The notes beneath the pieces were generated by a model, which saw only the letters and a program-made list of their open reading frames with translations, was not told the origin of the DNA and did no database searches. A stretch of 64,000 nt of DNA, taken from NCBI GenBank assembly GCA_018334675.1, contig JAGXLL010000003.1:37050-101049 (forward strand), given 5' to 3'. The DNA is from Bacteroidales bacterium. Its GTDB lineage: Bacteria; Bacteroidota; Bacteroidia; Bacteroidales; UBA12077. The position numbers and the translations under genes are program-made. Below, piece by piece: positions 35,659 to 43,807 of this stretch; the stretch's first letter is position 1; each line of letters begins with the position of its first letter.

Positions 35659-36828
35659 TCAGGAAGCATCATATGCTTGCTGTGCCGATTGCAGGCAAGC
35701 TCCAGGCTTCAGGTCATACCCGTTTTTCTGCAGGGCCGATTCTATAGCTCCTACCGTTGCCAACAAATCATTGCGGGTGGTAGCCCCCATATGTCCCACA
35801 CGAAAATACCGGGGTTTAATATCTGCCAGCAATCCTCCGGCCAGTATGACCCCCTCCGCAGAGGCGGCAGCGAGAAAATCACCGGCAGCGATACCCTCCG
35901 GATAGAAGGGGGCCGAGAGGGTATTGGCCGCGGAATCCTCACTGGCAGGTATCATATCCAGGCCGGCGGCTTTCATCGCGGCACGAAAAGCCCGGCCAAT
36001 TTTCCTGTGTCTGTTGAAACGCTGATCCATCCCCTCTTCCAGGATAATCCGCAGGCTGGTCTCCAGGGCAAGGATCAGATTCACTGCAGGGGTACCGAAA
36101 TAAGCGGGTTTTCGGTTGGCATAAGCCTCCATAATGGGCAGCCAATTCTCCCAGTCGGCATAATAATTGGCCACGGGTTTGATTCTATTCTTCCATACAT
36201 CCATGGCCCTTGGCGAGGCCATCAGCAGGGCCAGTCCGGGCGGTACACCAATGGCTTTCTGGGAAGCGGTAAAGGCCACGTCGATGCCCCATTCATCCTG
36301 TTTCATCTCTTCTCCTGCCACCGAGCAAACACCGTCCAGCACCGTAAGCACACCATATTTCTTCCCCAATTCACCAATGGGACGAGGATCCATAAGAACC
36401 GCTGTGGATGTATCTACATGTGTAAAGGTCATGAGCTTATAGTCCTTTTCTTTCAGATAGGCTTCTATCTGTTCAGGCGAAACCTGCTCGCCCCGGCTGG
36501 CCCGCAAAACATCGACCTGATCGGTATAACGCGCCAGGAGATTGGCATAACGCTCGCCGAAATATCCGGTTGAGATGACCAACACCCGGTCGCCTGGTTC
36601 CACCAGGTTGGCGGCAGCCATATCCATGGCAAGGGTACCGGAGCCGGCAACAACAAAGGGTTGGCCGGAAGGGCTCAACCACACCTCCTTCATCATATCC
36701 AGGGCATGACCAAAAGATTCAACAAAATCAGGGGCCACGTGGCTGGTGGTAGGTATAGCCATGGCCTGTATCACTTCCGGCTCAAATTCTATAGGGCCCG
36801 GTATCATGAGTAACTTTCGTGCTTTCAT
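35659..36828 (-). CDS. Class-V aminotransferase (alanine-glyoxylate / serine-pyruvate aminotransferase type)
   Basis: 389 aa. The N-terminal LLMIPGPIEF and PLP-lysine motif TASQKAIGVPPG match AGXT-type enzymes. Confidence 0.8.
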   Translation of the reverse strand: MKARKLLMIPGPIEFEPEVIQAMAIPTTSHVAPDFVESFGHALDMMKEVWLSPSGQPFVVAGSGTLAMDMAAANLVEPGDRVLVISTGYFGERYANLLARYTDQVDVLRASRGEQVSPEQIEAYLKEKDYKLMTFTHVDTSTAVLMDPRPIGELGKKYGVLTVLDGVCSVAGEEMKQDEWGIDVAFTASQKAIGVPPGLALLMASPRAMDVWKNRIKPVANYYADWENWLPIMEAYANRKPAYFGTPAVNLILALETSLRIILEEGMDQRFNRHRKIGRAFRAAMKAAGLDMIPASEDSAANTLSAPFYPEGIAAGDFLAAASAEGVILAGGLLADIKPRYFRVGHMGATTRNDLLATVGAIESALQKNGYDLKPGACLQSAQQAYDAS

Positions 36829-36840
36829 AGATAGTTGCTT

Positions 36841-37731
36841 TTAAAGATGAATGTCCAGTTCAGATATCAATCGATGGAGTGTACTTTGAACTTCAGAGTC
36901 CACCGGCAGAAGGGGGCGGCGTGGAGGCCCGCCATAAAGACCCAGATGATCCATTGCCTCTTTCAGGGCCGGTACGCCCCACTGGCGTGTTACCGATGTA
37001 TTCAGGGGTATCGCATTCAGCTGTTCCTTACGTGCCGCCTCTAAATGGCCATCCATAAAGTAGCGGTAGATATCCAGACAAAGACCGGGAGCAATGTTGG
37101 CCAGTGCCAATATGCCTCCACGGGCTCCCAGCGACAATCCGGGAAGCAGGAAGCCTGCTGATCCAGCCAGAACCTGAAAGTCACCCTGCACCCGGTCGAT
37201 GATCGTTCCCATCTTCACCATATTGCCACCGGAATCCTTTAACCCGATCACATTCTCGTGGGTGGATAGCTCGCAAATGGTATCCGCGTCCATATCCAAC
37301 CCCGAATTGGCAGGCATATTATAGATAATCAGCGGCACCGGTGAAGCATCTGCCACCGCCCAATAATGTTGGGTCAAAGCTTTTCGGTCCATCAAGCCTT
37401 TATAATAAGAGGGATTCAAAACAAGTACGGCATCGGCTCCGGCACGGGCGGCATCCTGGCAGGCCTGAATCGTCTCATAGGTCGACTGATGGCCTGTTCC
37501 CGCCAGCATGAGCTTATCCCCCGGTATGGCTTCCCGGCACTTCTGATAGACCCGGCACTTCTCCTGGTAAGTGAGGTTTACCAGTTCCCCGTTGGAACCA
37601 AGAACCAAGAAACCCGTCAGATCATAACGGCTCAGATACCTTATATTCTCCTGCATCTTATCAGTGGACAACGCCTGGCGGGAGTCAAATGCGGTAGGCA
37701 AAGGGGGGAATATTCCTTGTAATGAAATCAT
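36841..37731 (-). CDS. DapA-family aldolase, HOGA1-like (4-hydroxy-2-oxoglutarate aldolase candidate)
   Basis: 296 aa. GSNGE (instead of the GTTGE of DHDPS), YNMPANSGLD, GLKDSGGN (Schiff-base Lys), DFQVLAGSAGFL and LYGGPPRRPL closely parallel my recollection of human HOGA1. Confidence 0.7.
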   Translation of the reverse strand: MISLQGIFPPLPTAFDSRQALSTDKMQENIRYLSRYDLTGFLVLGSNGELVNLTYQEKCRVYQKCREAIPGDKLMLAGTGHQSTYETIQACQDAARAGADAVLVLNPSYYKGLMDRKALTQHYWAVADASPVPLIIYNMPANSGLDMDADTICELSTHENVIGLKDSGGNMVKMGTIIDRVQGDFQVLAGSAGFLLPGLSLGARGGILALANIAPGLCLDIYRYFMDGHLEAARKEQLNAIPLNTSVTRQWGVPALKEAMDHLGLYGGPPRRPLLPVDSEVQSTLHRLISELDIHL

Positions 37732-37848
37732 ATATGAAATTTTTGTATGATAAACATATGATCAAATCCTACTTCTAACGACTTCTTTTCCCGGAAAAGG
37801 TTTAGGGGCCATATTTATAATCCCCATTCCATCCCGGTGGAGACACCT

Positions 37849-38196
37849 TCAAAATGGCATCACCCGACCCATCCAAAGACAATCGGTATAATCAGCAAAC
37901 ATATGCAGAAGAAGCCCTGTGGCAATAATTCTTAGCTTAGGCCACAGAGTCATGGCGCCATATCCGGCGATGGCATAACCTGAATGGAGCGGATGAAAGC
38001 CAATGCTGCAACGGCCCGCACTAAAAACCGGATCAGCCAACAGATGATCCAGGTCAACCACCATAGTGGCCACCATGATCAGCCAGGCCCGCTTCCAGTT
38101 AGAGCGAAAAAACAACCAGGCCACCAAACCCGGAAACAACAAATGCAGCCCGTAATGAACAATGTACCGCAGTATTTCAGAACTTCCTTCCATCAC
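37849..38196 (-). CDS. Small integral membrane protein (DUF6122-like)
   Basis: 115 aa with 3-4 hydrophobic helices and conserved-looking His/Asp (VVDLDHLLADP, FHPLHS). The family name is from memory only. Confidence 0.5.
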   Translation of the reverse strand: MMEGSSEILRYIVHYGLHLLFPGLVAWLFFRSNWKRAWLIMVATMVVDLDHLLADPVFSAGRCSIGFHPLHSGYAIAGYGAMTLWPKLRIIATGLLLHMFADYTDCLWMGRVMPF

Positions 38197-38326
38197 CTCA
38201 AATTAAGTGAAAAACAGATCCTTTAGCAACCTAATCGGGGGAAATTAGATCGGAAATTTTTTGTATCTTCACTACCTGATCATACAAACGCAAATAAGAA
38301 GGTATTTTCCACGTTTAAACTTACAA

Positions 38327-38779
38327 ATGAAGCTCACCCAATTGGGATCGTTTATGAAAGATTTGATTCACATCGTATATGTAAGTTTTGCCCAAAACAA
38401 TCTCTCAGAAAAGGAACTGAAGCACCTCCTGAGGGAAATTCGGAAAAAAAATGCAGAACAGGGTATTACCGGTATGTTGCTTTATAATGAAGGCTCTTTT
38501 ATACAGGTGATCGAAGGAAGTGAAGAAGTCATTCATCGTGTCTTTACAAGCATCAGCAAGGATAACCGCCACACCAATGTGGTCAAACTTTTGGAAGAGT
38601 CTATTGATCACAGGGCTTTCCCCGATTGGTCCATGGGCTTTCGTCAGATCAGCGACAAACAATCCTCCTCCATACCCGGATTTTCAGATTTCATGCATCG
38701 TGAAAATCCTGCTCAGACGATCCGCAACAGTTCTGAGCAAGTAATTTACCTGTTGAACAGTTTCAGAAAATATACCTGA
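38327..38779 (+). CDS. Short BLUF-domain blue-light FAD photoreceptor
   Basis: The start is ATG 38327 or 38354. The BLUF signature residues are in order: Tyr (IVYVSFA), Gln (SFIQVIEG), DNRH, and Trp-x-Met (FPDWSMGF). It has about 50 aa of C-terminal helices and no effector domain. Confidence 0.85.
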   Translation: MKLTQLGSFMKDLIHIVYVSFAQNNLSEKELKHLLREIRKKNAEQGITGMLLYNEGSFIQVIEGSEEVIHRVFTSISKDNRHTNVVKLLEESIDHRAFPDWSMGFRQISDKQSSSIPGFSDFMHRENPAQTIRNSSEQVIYLLNSFRKYT

Positions 38780-38781
38780 GA

Positions 38782-39222
38782 TCAATCCTCTTTCTCCTGC
38801 TGCGAGGCGCCGGTGGAACCAAAACGGTACCTGATGCCCCAGCTGGCCCGAAGTATAGAACCTTCCCCAAACATCCCAGCCGCCTCCAGGTGAAAGCCAA
38901 AATGCTTGTCTTCAAAAGGATACAGATTCAACCCTGCCGGAATCACCAGTCCGGAAAAGTGGGAGGTACGACCACCAATACCTCCATACAAATCAAAGTT
39001 GGAATTCTTCACAAAGATATAGTTGGCCGTCAACTCAAAGGTAATATCCTCAAAATAATGGTTTGTTCCTACCCGCAATTCGCCAAAAAACTGATCATCC
39101 AATTCATAATTAAATCCCAGAAAAGGCATGCTCGATTCGTGATAACTCACACCAAACTGAGCAGAAGCGGTTATGGCAAAAAGACTGAAAGCAAAAAATA
39201 ACAATGACTTTTTCTTAAGCAT
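38782..39222 (-). CDS. Small outer-membrane beta-barrel-type protein
   Basis: 146 aa with signal peptide MLKKKSLLFFAFSLFAITASAQ, alternating beta-strand pattern and an aromatic-rich C-terminal strand region. Confidence 0.55.
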   Translation of the reverse strand: MLKKKSLLFFAFSLFAITASAQFGVSYHESSMPFLGFNYELDDQFFGELRVGTNHYFEDITFELTANYIFVKNSNFDLYGGIGGRTSHFSGLVIPAGLNLYPFEDKHFGFHLEAAGMFGEGSILRASWGIRYRFGSTGASQQEKED

Positions 39223-39421
39223 GGCTTGAAATTTTTTAGTGATTGTTTTTTAATAATAGTCCCTACCTAATATGGGCATATGAGGGCAAAAATGAACCCA
39301 AAGGGCTTAATCCCTGATAAAGGTAATGAATTTTTACGTGCTCCCAACATCTTCGCCGGCGACTCCCTCAAATGCTTGTCTCCTTATGCACAAATTTATC
39401 CGTCAGCTTTTGTATTAATGA

Positions 39422-39463
39422 GGCGAAGGCTAAGGCTAAGGCTAAGGCTGAGGCTGAGGCGAG
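39422..39463. repeat. Imperfect hexanucleotide tandem repeat, 7 units (GGCGAA-GGCTAA x3-GGCTGA x2-GGCGAG)
   Basis: Read directly from the sequence. It is intergenic, in the divergent promoter region between the OMP gene (39222) and the cyclase gene (39587). Confidence 0.9.
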
Positions 39464-39586
39464 GAAAGAAAATCCCGGATGGAAGGATTATAAGGAAGGT
39501 ACCGCTATTAGGGAAGGGGTAAAATTCGGATTGAAATCTATCCCTGAACCAGAATTTTGTTTATATTCAACCCGAATAACCGTAAT

Positions 39587-40657
39587 ATGACCAGCAATAA
39601 AAATCATCCGGTCACCCCTGAAACCAGAAAATGGTTAAACACCGTCTATGATGGGGTTTGTATTGTAGACAAAAACCATAAAGTCATTTTCTGGAACAAA
39701 GGGGCTGAACATATAACCGGCTACACGGATGAAGAAGTAGCGAATAGCCAGAAGGAGACCGATTTTCTGGAGATAACCGATGAAAACGGGCACGCCGTTT
39801 ACATCAACAACCGCCATCTTTCAGATTTGATCGGTAATGGAGACCCTCATGAACTCAAGGTATATTTTACCCATAAGTTGGGTTACCGCTTTCCTGTCGC
39901 GCTTTACCTTCATCCCATCTCCGAGAGGGAAGATCAGCAAATCGGGGCCATAGAGGTCTTCCGCGATATATCTATTGAGGAAAAGGTGCAGCATATTGAA
40001 GAGCGGTATAAAAAGGTTATCCGTCAATATGTATCAGAAACCACCTATAAAGAGGTTATCCGGGCAGTTAACAGCAAGGATTACGGAATCACGGCCTATA
40101 ACCGGAATTTAACCATATTGTTCATGGACATTGTAGGTTTCACGGGTCTTTCTGAACAACTGGCACCGGAAAAAGTAGTCGACATGCTGAATGCCTATTT
40201 TACCCAGACTTCAAGGATTATAGAAAAAAACAAGGGCGACATCGACAAGTTTCTGGGGGATGGGGTTATGGCCATATTTAAGGATCCGGAGCAAGCGGTT
40301 CGGGCATCTCTGGACATGTTGCCGGAAGGCTTAAAAACCCTCAACCGCGAGTTGAAAGCCAAAAAGCTTCCGGTCATCAACCTGCGCATCGGCATCAACA
40401 CGGGCAATTTGATCCAGGGGAATATTGGATCTAAAGACCGCAAAGACTGGACCGTGGTGGGGGACGTAGTCAACACCGCTTACCGCATTGAGGAATCGGC
40501 AGAGCCAGGGCATATCCTGATCAGCAGGAACACCATCGACCGGCTTTCCCATCCTGAAAAATATCGGTTCGTTAAAAAACTCTATCTCAAAGGAAAATCC
40601 AATATCATCAAGGTATATAGCCCCCTGGATCCGGGAAAAACCAATAATAAAACATAA
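39587..40657 (+). CDS. PAS-domain class III adenylate cyclase
   Basis: 356 aa from ATG 39587; the listed ORF starts at TTG 39557. The PAS segment is VYDGVCIVDKNHKVIFWNKGAEHITGY. The cyclase domain has metal Asps in FMDIVGFT and GDGVMAIF, a substrate Lys (IDKFLGDG) and Thr at the paired position (WTVVGDVVNTAYR). I recall this pattern as typical of bacterial adenylate rather than guanylate cyclases. Confidence 0.8.
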   Translation: MTSNKNHPVTPETRKWLNTVYDGVCIVDKNHKVIFWNKGAEHITGYTDEEVANSQKETDFLEITDENGHAVYINNRHLSDLIGNGDPHELKVYFTHKLGYRFPVALYLHPISEREDQQIGAIEVFRDISIEEKVQHIEERYKKVIRQYVSETTYKEVIRAVNSKDYGITAYNRNLTILFMDIVGFTGLSEQLAPEKVVDMLNAYFTQTSRIIEKNKGDIDKFLGDGVMAIFKDPEQAVRASLDMLPEGLKTLNRELKAKKLPVINLRIGINTGNLIQGNIGSKDRKDWTVVGDVVNTAYRIEESAEPGHILISRNTIDRLSHPEKYRFVKKLYLKGKSNIIKVYSPLDPGKTNNKT

Positions 40658-40706
40658 CCCGTCAGACAGACGGTTTGCTTTTTTATCGATATCTTTCAGG
40701 AACGTC

Positions 40707-41141
40707 TTACTCCATTTGCTTTACCCTGAACCTTCCACAGGTATACATACCCTCGTCCAGATCCCAGGATGCTTCAATAACAGAAGGAACGCGAACTCCC
40801 TGGATCTCTGTATATTCACTTACCTTCCCCACCCAGGGCTTGAGGCCCTTATCGCCCGGTTTCGGTGATGCCGTGTTTTGATGCTTAAATAACAGCTGTT
40901 TTCACAAGGCGATGATGCAATAGCTTGATCCGGGCATCTCAAAGCGGCTTTGAATGTAAAGATCCTTATAGATCTGTGTGCCTCTGTACAGCTCACAGGA
41001 ACATGAAGTAATTTTTTCCGGATTTACTCGCCAGGAAGGTGGAAAAAAACGAAAAAAAATCCCATGTGGGGAATTTCGCCCCGGGGTAATTGCTGTTGAT
41101 TTTCCAGGGCCAATTTGGTCGTTTTTCCAGGCAACCCACAT
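40707..41141 (-). pseudogene. Possible gene remnant with an in-frame stop (C-terminal fragment of an uncharacterised family)
   Basis: The minus-strand ORF 40902..41141 ends at a TGA. The same frame continues for 64 codons: KQLLFKHQNTASPKPGDKGLKPWVGKVSEYTEIQGVRVPSVIEASWDLDEGMYTCGRFRVKQME*. The tail resembles the conserved C-terminus of about 280-aa DUF-type proteins (I think DUF6544, unverified). There is no start codon for the tail. Confidence 0.3.
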
Positions 41142-41244
41142 TTTATCCGAAAGTAAAACCGGGTGGTCAACCTTTGGGGTCCCTTTATTGTATAGAATGC
41201 AGTTATCAATATATATTTATACATCAACAAAAACAACCAAAATT

Positions 41245-41640
41245 ATGGAAATGGAAGTTTATTTTGCCGGCAATAAAAAGGTGAATGCCAGATGGAACGG
41301 CCACGATATACCCACGGATCAACCAGCTCGTGGGGGTGGTGATGGTTCAGCGCCTGCCCCTTTCGATTTGTTTCTTGCTTCGATTGGTACATGCGCAGGA
41401 ATTTATGTAAAAAATTTCTGTGATCAGCGGGGTCTTTCTGCCGACAACATCAAGATCATCCAGAAACATCGTTTCAATCAGAAAACAAGGTTGATTGACC
41501 GTATTACCCTGGAGGTGCAGTTGCCAGAAGATTTTCCGGAGAAATACAAAGAAGCGGTCATCAAGTCGGCCAATCTGTGTGCCGTAAAAAGGCATCTGCA
41601 GGAATCACCCGAACTGGAGGTAACAACGGCAACCAATTAA
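41245..41640 (+). CDS. OsmC/Ohr-family peroxiredoxin-like protein
   Basis: 131 aa from ATG 41245; the listed ORF start 40978 adds an implausible leader. GGGDGSAPAPFDLFLASIGTCAG and ANLCAVKRHL carry the two conserved Cys of OsmC-like proteins. Confidence 0.7.
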   Translation: MEMEVYFAGNKKVNARWNGHDIPTDQPARGGGDGSAPAPFDLFLASIGTCAGIYVKNFCDQRGLSADNIKIIQKHRFNQKTRLIDRITLEVQLPEDFPEKYKEAVIKSANLCAVKRHLQESPELEVTTATN

Positions 41641-41666
41641 CATCGATTCTTCGAGCCAGGCCAAAT

Positions 41667-41694
41667 AAAAACCGGTCCCATCGCCGGTTTTTTT
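41667..41694. terminator. Candidate bidirectional terminator between convergent genes
   Basis: aaaaaccgg (41667-41675) / ccggttttt (41684-41692) with an 8-nt loop. The A/T flanks serve as U-tracts for both strands, but the GC core is only 4 bp. Confidence 0.4.
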
Positions 41695-41710
41695 ATGGTT
41701 TGGGTATGGA

Positions 41711-42607
41711 TCAGATCAGTATACCTTCCTTCCAGCCCAGCCGGATCAGCTTTATGTTACGTGGATTGGCATGACCCAGGTGATGGCGGGTATCGGCAAG
41801 TCGGATATGATGGGGAGAAGGGCTGACCGGCCTTTCTTCTCCGAAAAATTCTTTCCTTCTGGCTTCAATGATGCGCAATCCGGTAGCATCTGCGGCCACG
41901 GGATCGAAGCTCACAATCAATCCATTATAACGCCAGGTATATTTTTCATTGAAATGATGGGGACCGACACCGTGGAACAAGGGCGTGATCATGACCAGGA
42001 TGTTGAGCCGGGTTTTGCCTTTTGCCATGGGCTTATCCCATACTTTGGCCAGGTCGGCACACGTATCCGGATGATAATCCCAGGGCCGGGGGTGAAACAT
42101 GATGTAGTTCTTGATCAGGGATCCCACACCAGCCCAATCGTGTGTACGCATAGGACGGGTATTGATCAGGGCGGTGGCTCTTTTAAAAACCTCATTGCGA
42201 AGGATGTCCCGGTCATCAATGCTGATGTCCTTCTCATGAATGCCAACCTCCATGGCCCGCCTTTTAATCTGTTGCTCCAGTTCATCCGGTGTAGGTAAAT
42301 TGCTCCAGACATTGGATTTGATGCCCAACACATCTTCCGGCTGAAGGATCTTACTCCAGGCGCTTTTATTATCGGTATCCCCCGTAAGGGTTGTTACCGC
42401 CCGATCAAACATCCCGGTGAGCACATCCTTATTCAGGGATCCCGAATCATTGAGTAGGTTTTTATCCCGGATCAGCACCACCCTGGATGGTTCATCTCTC
42501 TTTTGTCCCCGGGCATGCCAGGGAAGATGCCCCAGGACGAAGGTCCCGGCCGCAGCAAGACCCATACGTTTTAAAGCCTCCCGGCGGGTGAGTTGCTTGA
42601 TGGTCAT
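41711..42607 (-). CDS. Tat-signal DUF362-like protein
   Basis: 298 aa. The twin-arginine leader is MTIKQLTRREALKRMGLAAAGTFVLG. The body resembles DUF362 (VLGIKSN..., DPVAADATGLRI). The family name is from memory. Confidence 0.55.
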   Translation of the reverse strand: MTIKQLTRREALKRMGLAAAGTFVLGHLPWHARGQKRDEPSRVVLIRDKNLLNDSGSLNKDVLTGMFDRAVTTLTGDTDNKSAWSKILQPEDVLGIKSNVWSNLPTPDELEQQIKRRAMEVGIHEKDISIDDRDILRNEVFKRATALINTRPMRTHDWAGVGSLIKNYIMFHPRPWDYHPDTCADLAKVWDKPMAKGKTRLNILVMITPLFHGVGPHHFNEKYTWRYNGLIVSFDPVAADATGLRIIEARRKEFFGEERPVSPSPHHIRLADTRHHLGHANPRNIKLIRLGWKEGILI

Positions 42608-42641
42608 AATTGATGAGTTTTAATGATACATGATATACATT

Positions 42642-43568
42642 TCACTTAGTCAGACGCAGATAGTTCTCTGCCGTTTGTTCAAGCAGGTAGGTTGCCTTTT
42701 GACGCGAAGGAGCATCCAAAACAAACATCAAAAGTTTATCTTTCACTTCACACCCCATCCATTCTCCCCTATCGTTCTCGACTGTCCGGTGGCGCCTGAG
42801 ATAGGGCAATATCCGGCCGGTAGCTTTTTTATATGCTTTCCTGGCTGATTGAACACTGGGATATTCCACCATCAGGAAAAAATACCTGTTCCCAGGATCG
42901 CCATATTGATTCAGCAAGGCATGAACATGTTCATCGATGTTAAACACGTTGTCATTGGAGATGTAGCGATACTTATTCTGCCAGGCATGGTGATGAAAAT
43001 AAAAAGTACTGCCTGAAACAAGTGATTCTTCAGGAATGATTTTAAATACAGGAGGCAAAGCCCCCTCCTTTCCAATGGCCTTACTGATAGATCGGCCCAT
43101 TCGGATCATTTGGTCTTTTATTTCATCCCGCTCCTGATGGGCAAAGATGGAGACAAAATACCGGTCCTGCCAGAATATCAGGGAACTGCCCATCTGCTGA
43201 CCTCCCTGACCCAAATCGATGTTGGCCGTATCTTTGGAATAAGAGAACACTCCAAAAGCATTGGCGGGTGAACCCATATCAAAAACTTCTGCCTTCAGTT
43301 CGTAAGTCTCCTCAAACAGGTAGTTCCTCTTGGCTAACTTGTGGAACCCGTAATTCAAGTAGAGTTCTGCCCCGCCGTTGATGTAAGCGTAGAAATCTTC
43401 CCGGGCCTGAATGATCTGTTCCGATTCCAACTTAAGTGAATGGGTTTCACCGGGCAGCAAACCCATCAAGGAGGTATCATCTTTCATAGAAAAGGTTTCT
43501 GGTGAGATCAAAAAAGACAACAACAAAAAAAGGATGCACGACTTGGTTATATAAACAGAACGATCCAT
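42642..43568 (-). CDS. Secreted protein of unknown function
   Basis: 308 aa with a signal peptide (CILFLLLSFLISPETFS). FYAYINGGAELYLNYGFHKL...NAFGVFSYS looks like a conserved DUF. It lies 34 nt upstream of the DUF362-like gene on the same strand. Confidence 0.55.
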   Translation of the reverse strand: MDRSVYITKSCILFLLLSFLISPETFSMKDDTSLMGLLPGETHSLKLESEQIIQAREDFYAYINGGAELYLNYGFHKLAKRNYLFEETYELKAEVFDMGSPANAFGVFSYSKDTANIDLGQGGQQMGSSLIFWQDRYFVSIFAHQERDEIKDQMIRMGRSISKAIGKEGALPPVFKIIPEESLVSGSTFYFHHHAWQNKYRYISNDNVFNIDEHVHALLNQYGDPGNRYFFLMVEYPSVQSARKAYKKATGRILPYLRRHRTVENDRGEWMGCEVKDKLLMFVLDAPSRQKATYLLEQTAENYLRLTK

Positions 43569-43807
43569 GTATGTGAATATTTATAAGGCAATGATATCCA
43601 AATAAAAATACTAAAAAACCAATGCTTTGTCAATAATAAAAGACCTCTTTGTCCTGAGATCTTCTATTATTGACAGGGAGCAAATACAATTCGGAATGAT
43701 TATAAATATCCCTGCCCATAAGAACAGATAAACTCATTTATCAAACCATTTTGCCATTCAATTGTTAGGGTAATATGATAATATATAAACCTTAAAAATA
43801 GCATGCT

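Noticed and set aside
35650-36573. 307-aa plus-strand ORF
   Set aside because: It is antisense to the class-V aminotransferase. It is a Gly/Arg/His-rich low-complexity translation, whereas the minus-strand product has clear PLP-enzyme motifs.
39280-39590. ORFs 39280..39522 and 39372..39590 encoding RLRLRLRL / KAKAKAKAEAEA
   Set aside because: The periodic peptides are simply translations of the hexanucleotide repeat, with no credible start context or domains.
40675-40881. 68-aa plus-strand ORF after the cyclase gene
   Set aside because: It is antisense to the more protein-like minus-strand remnant, and there is no start context or motif.
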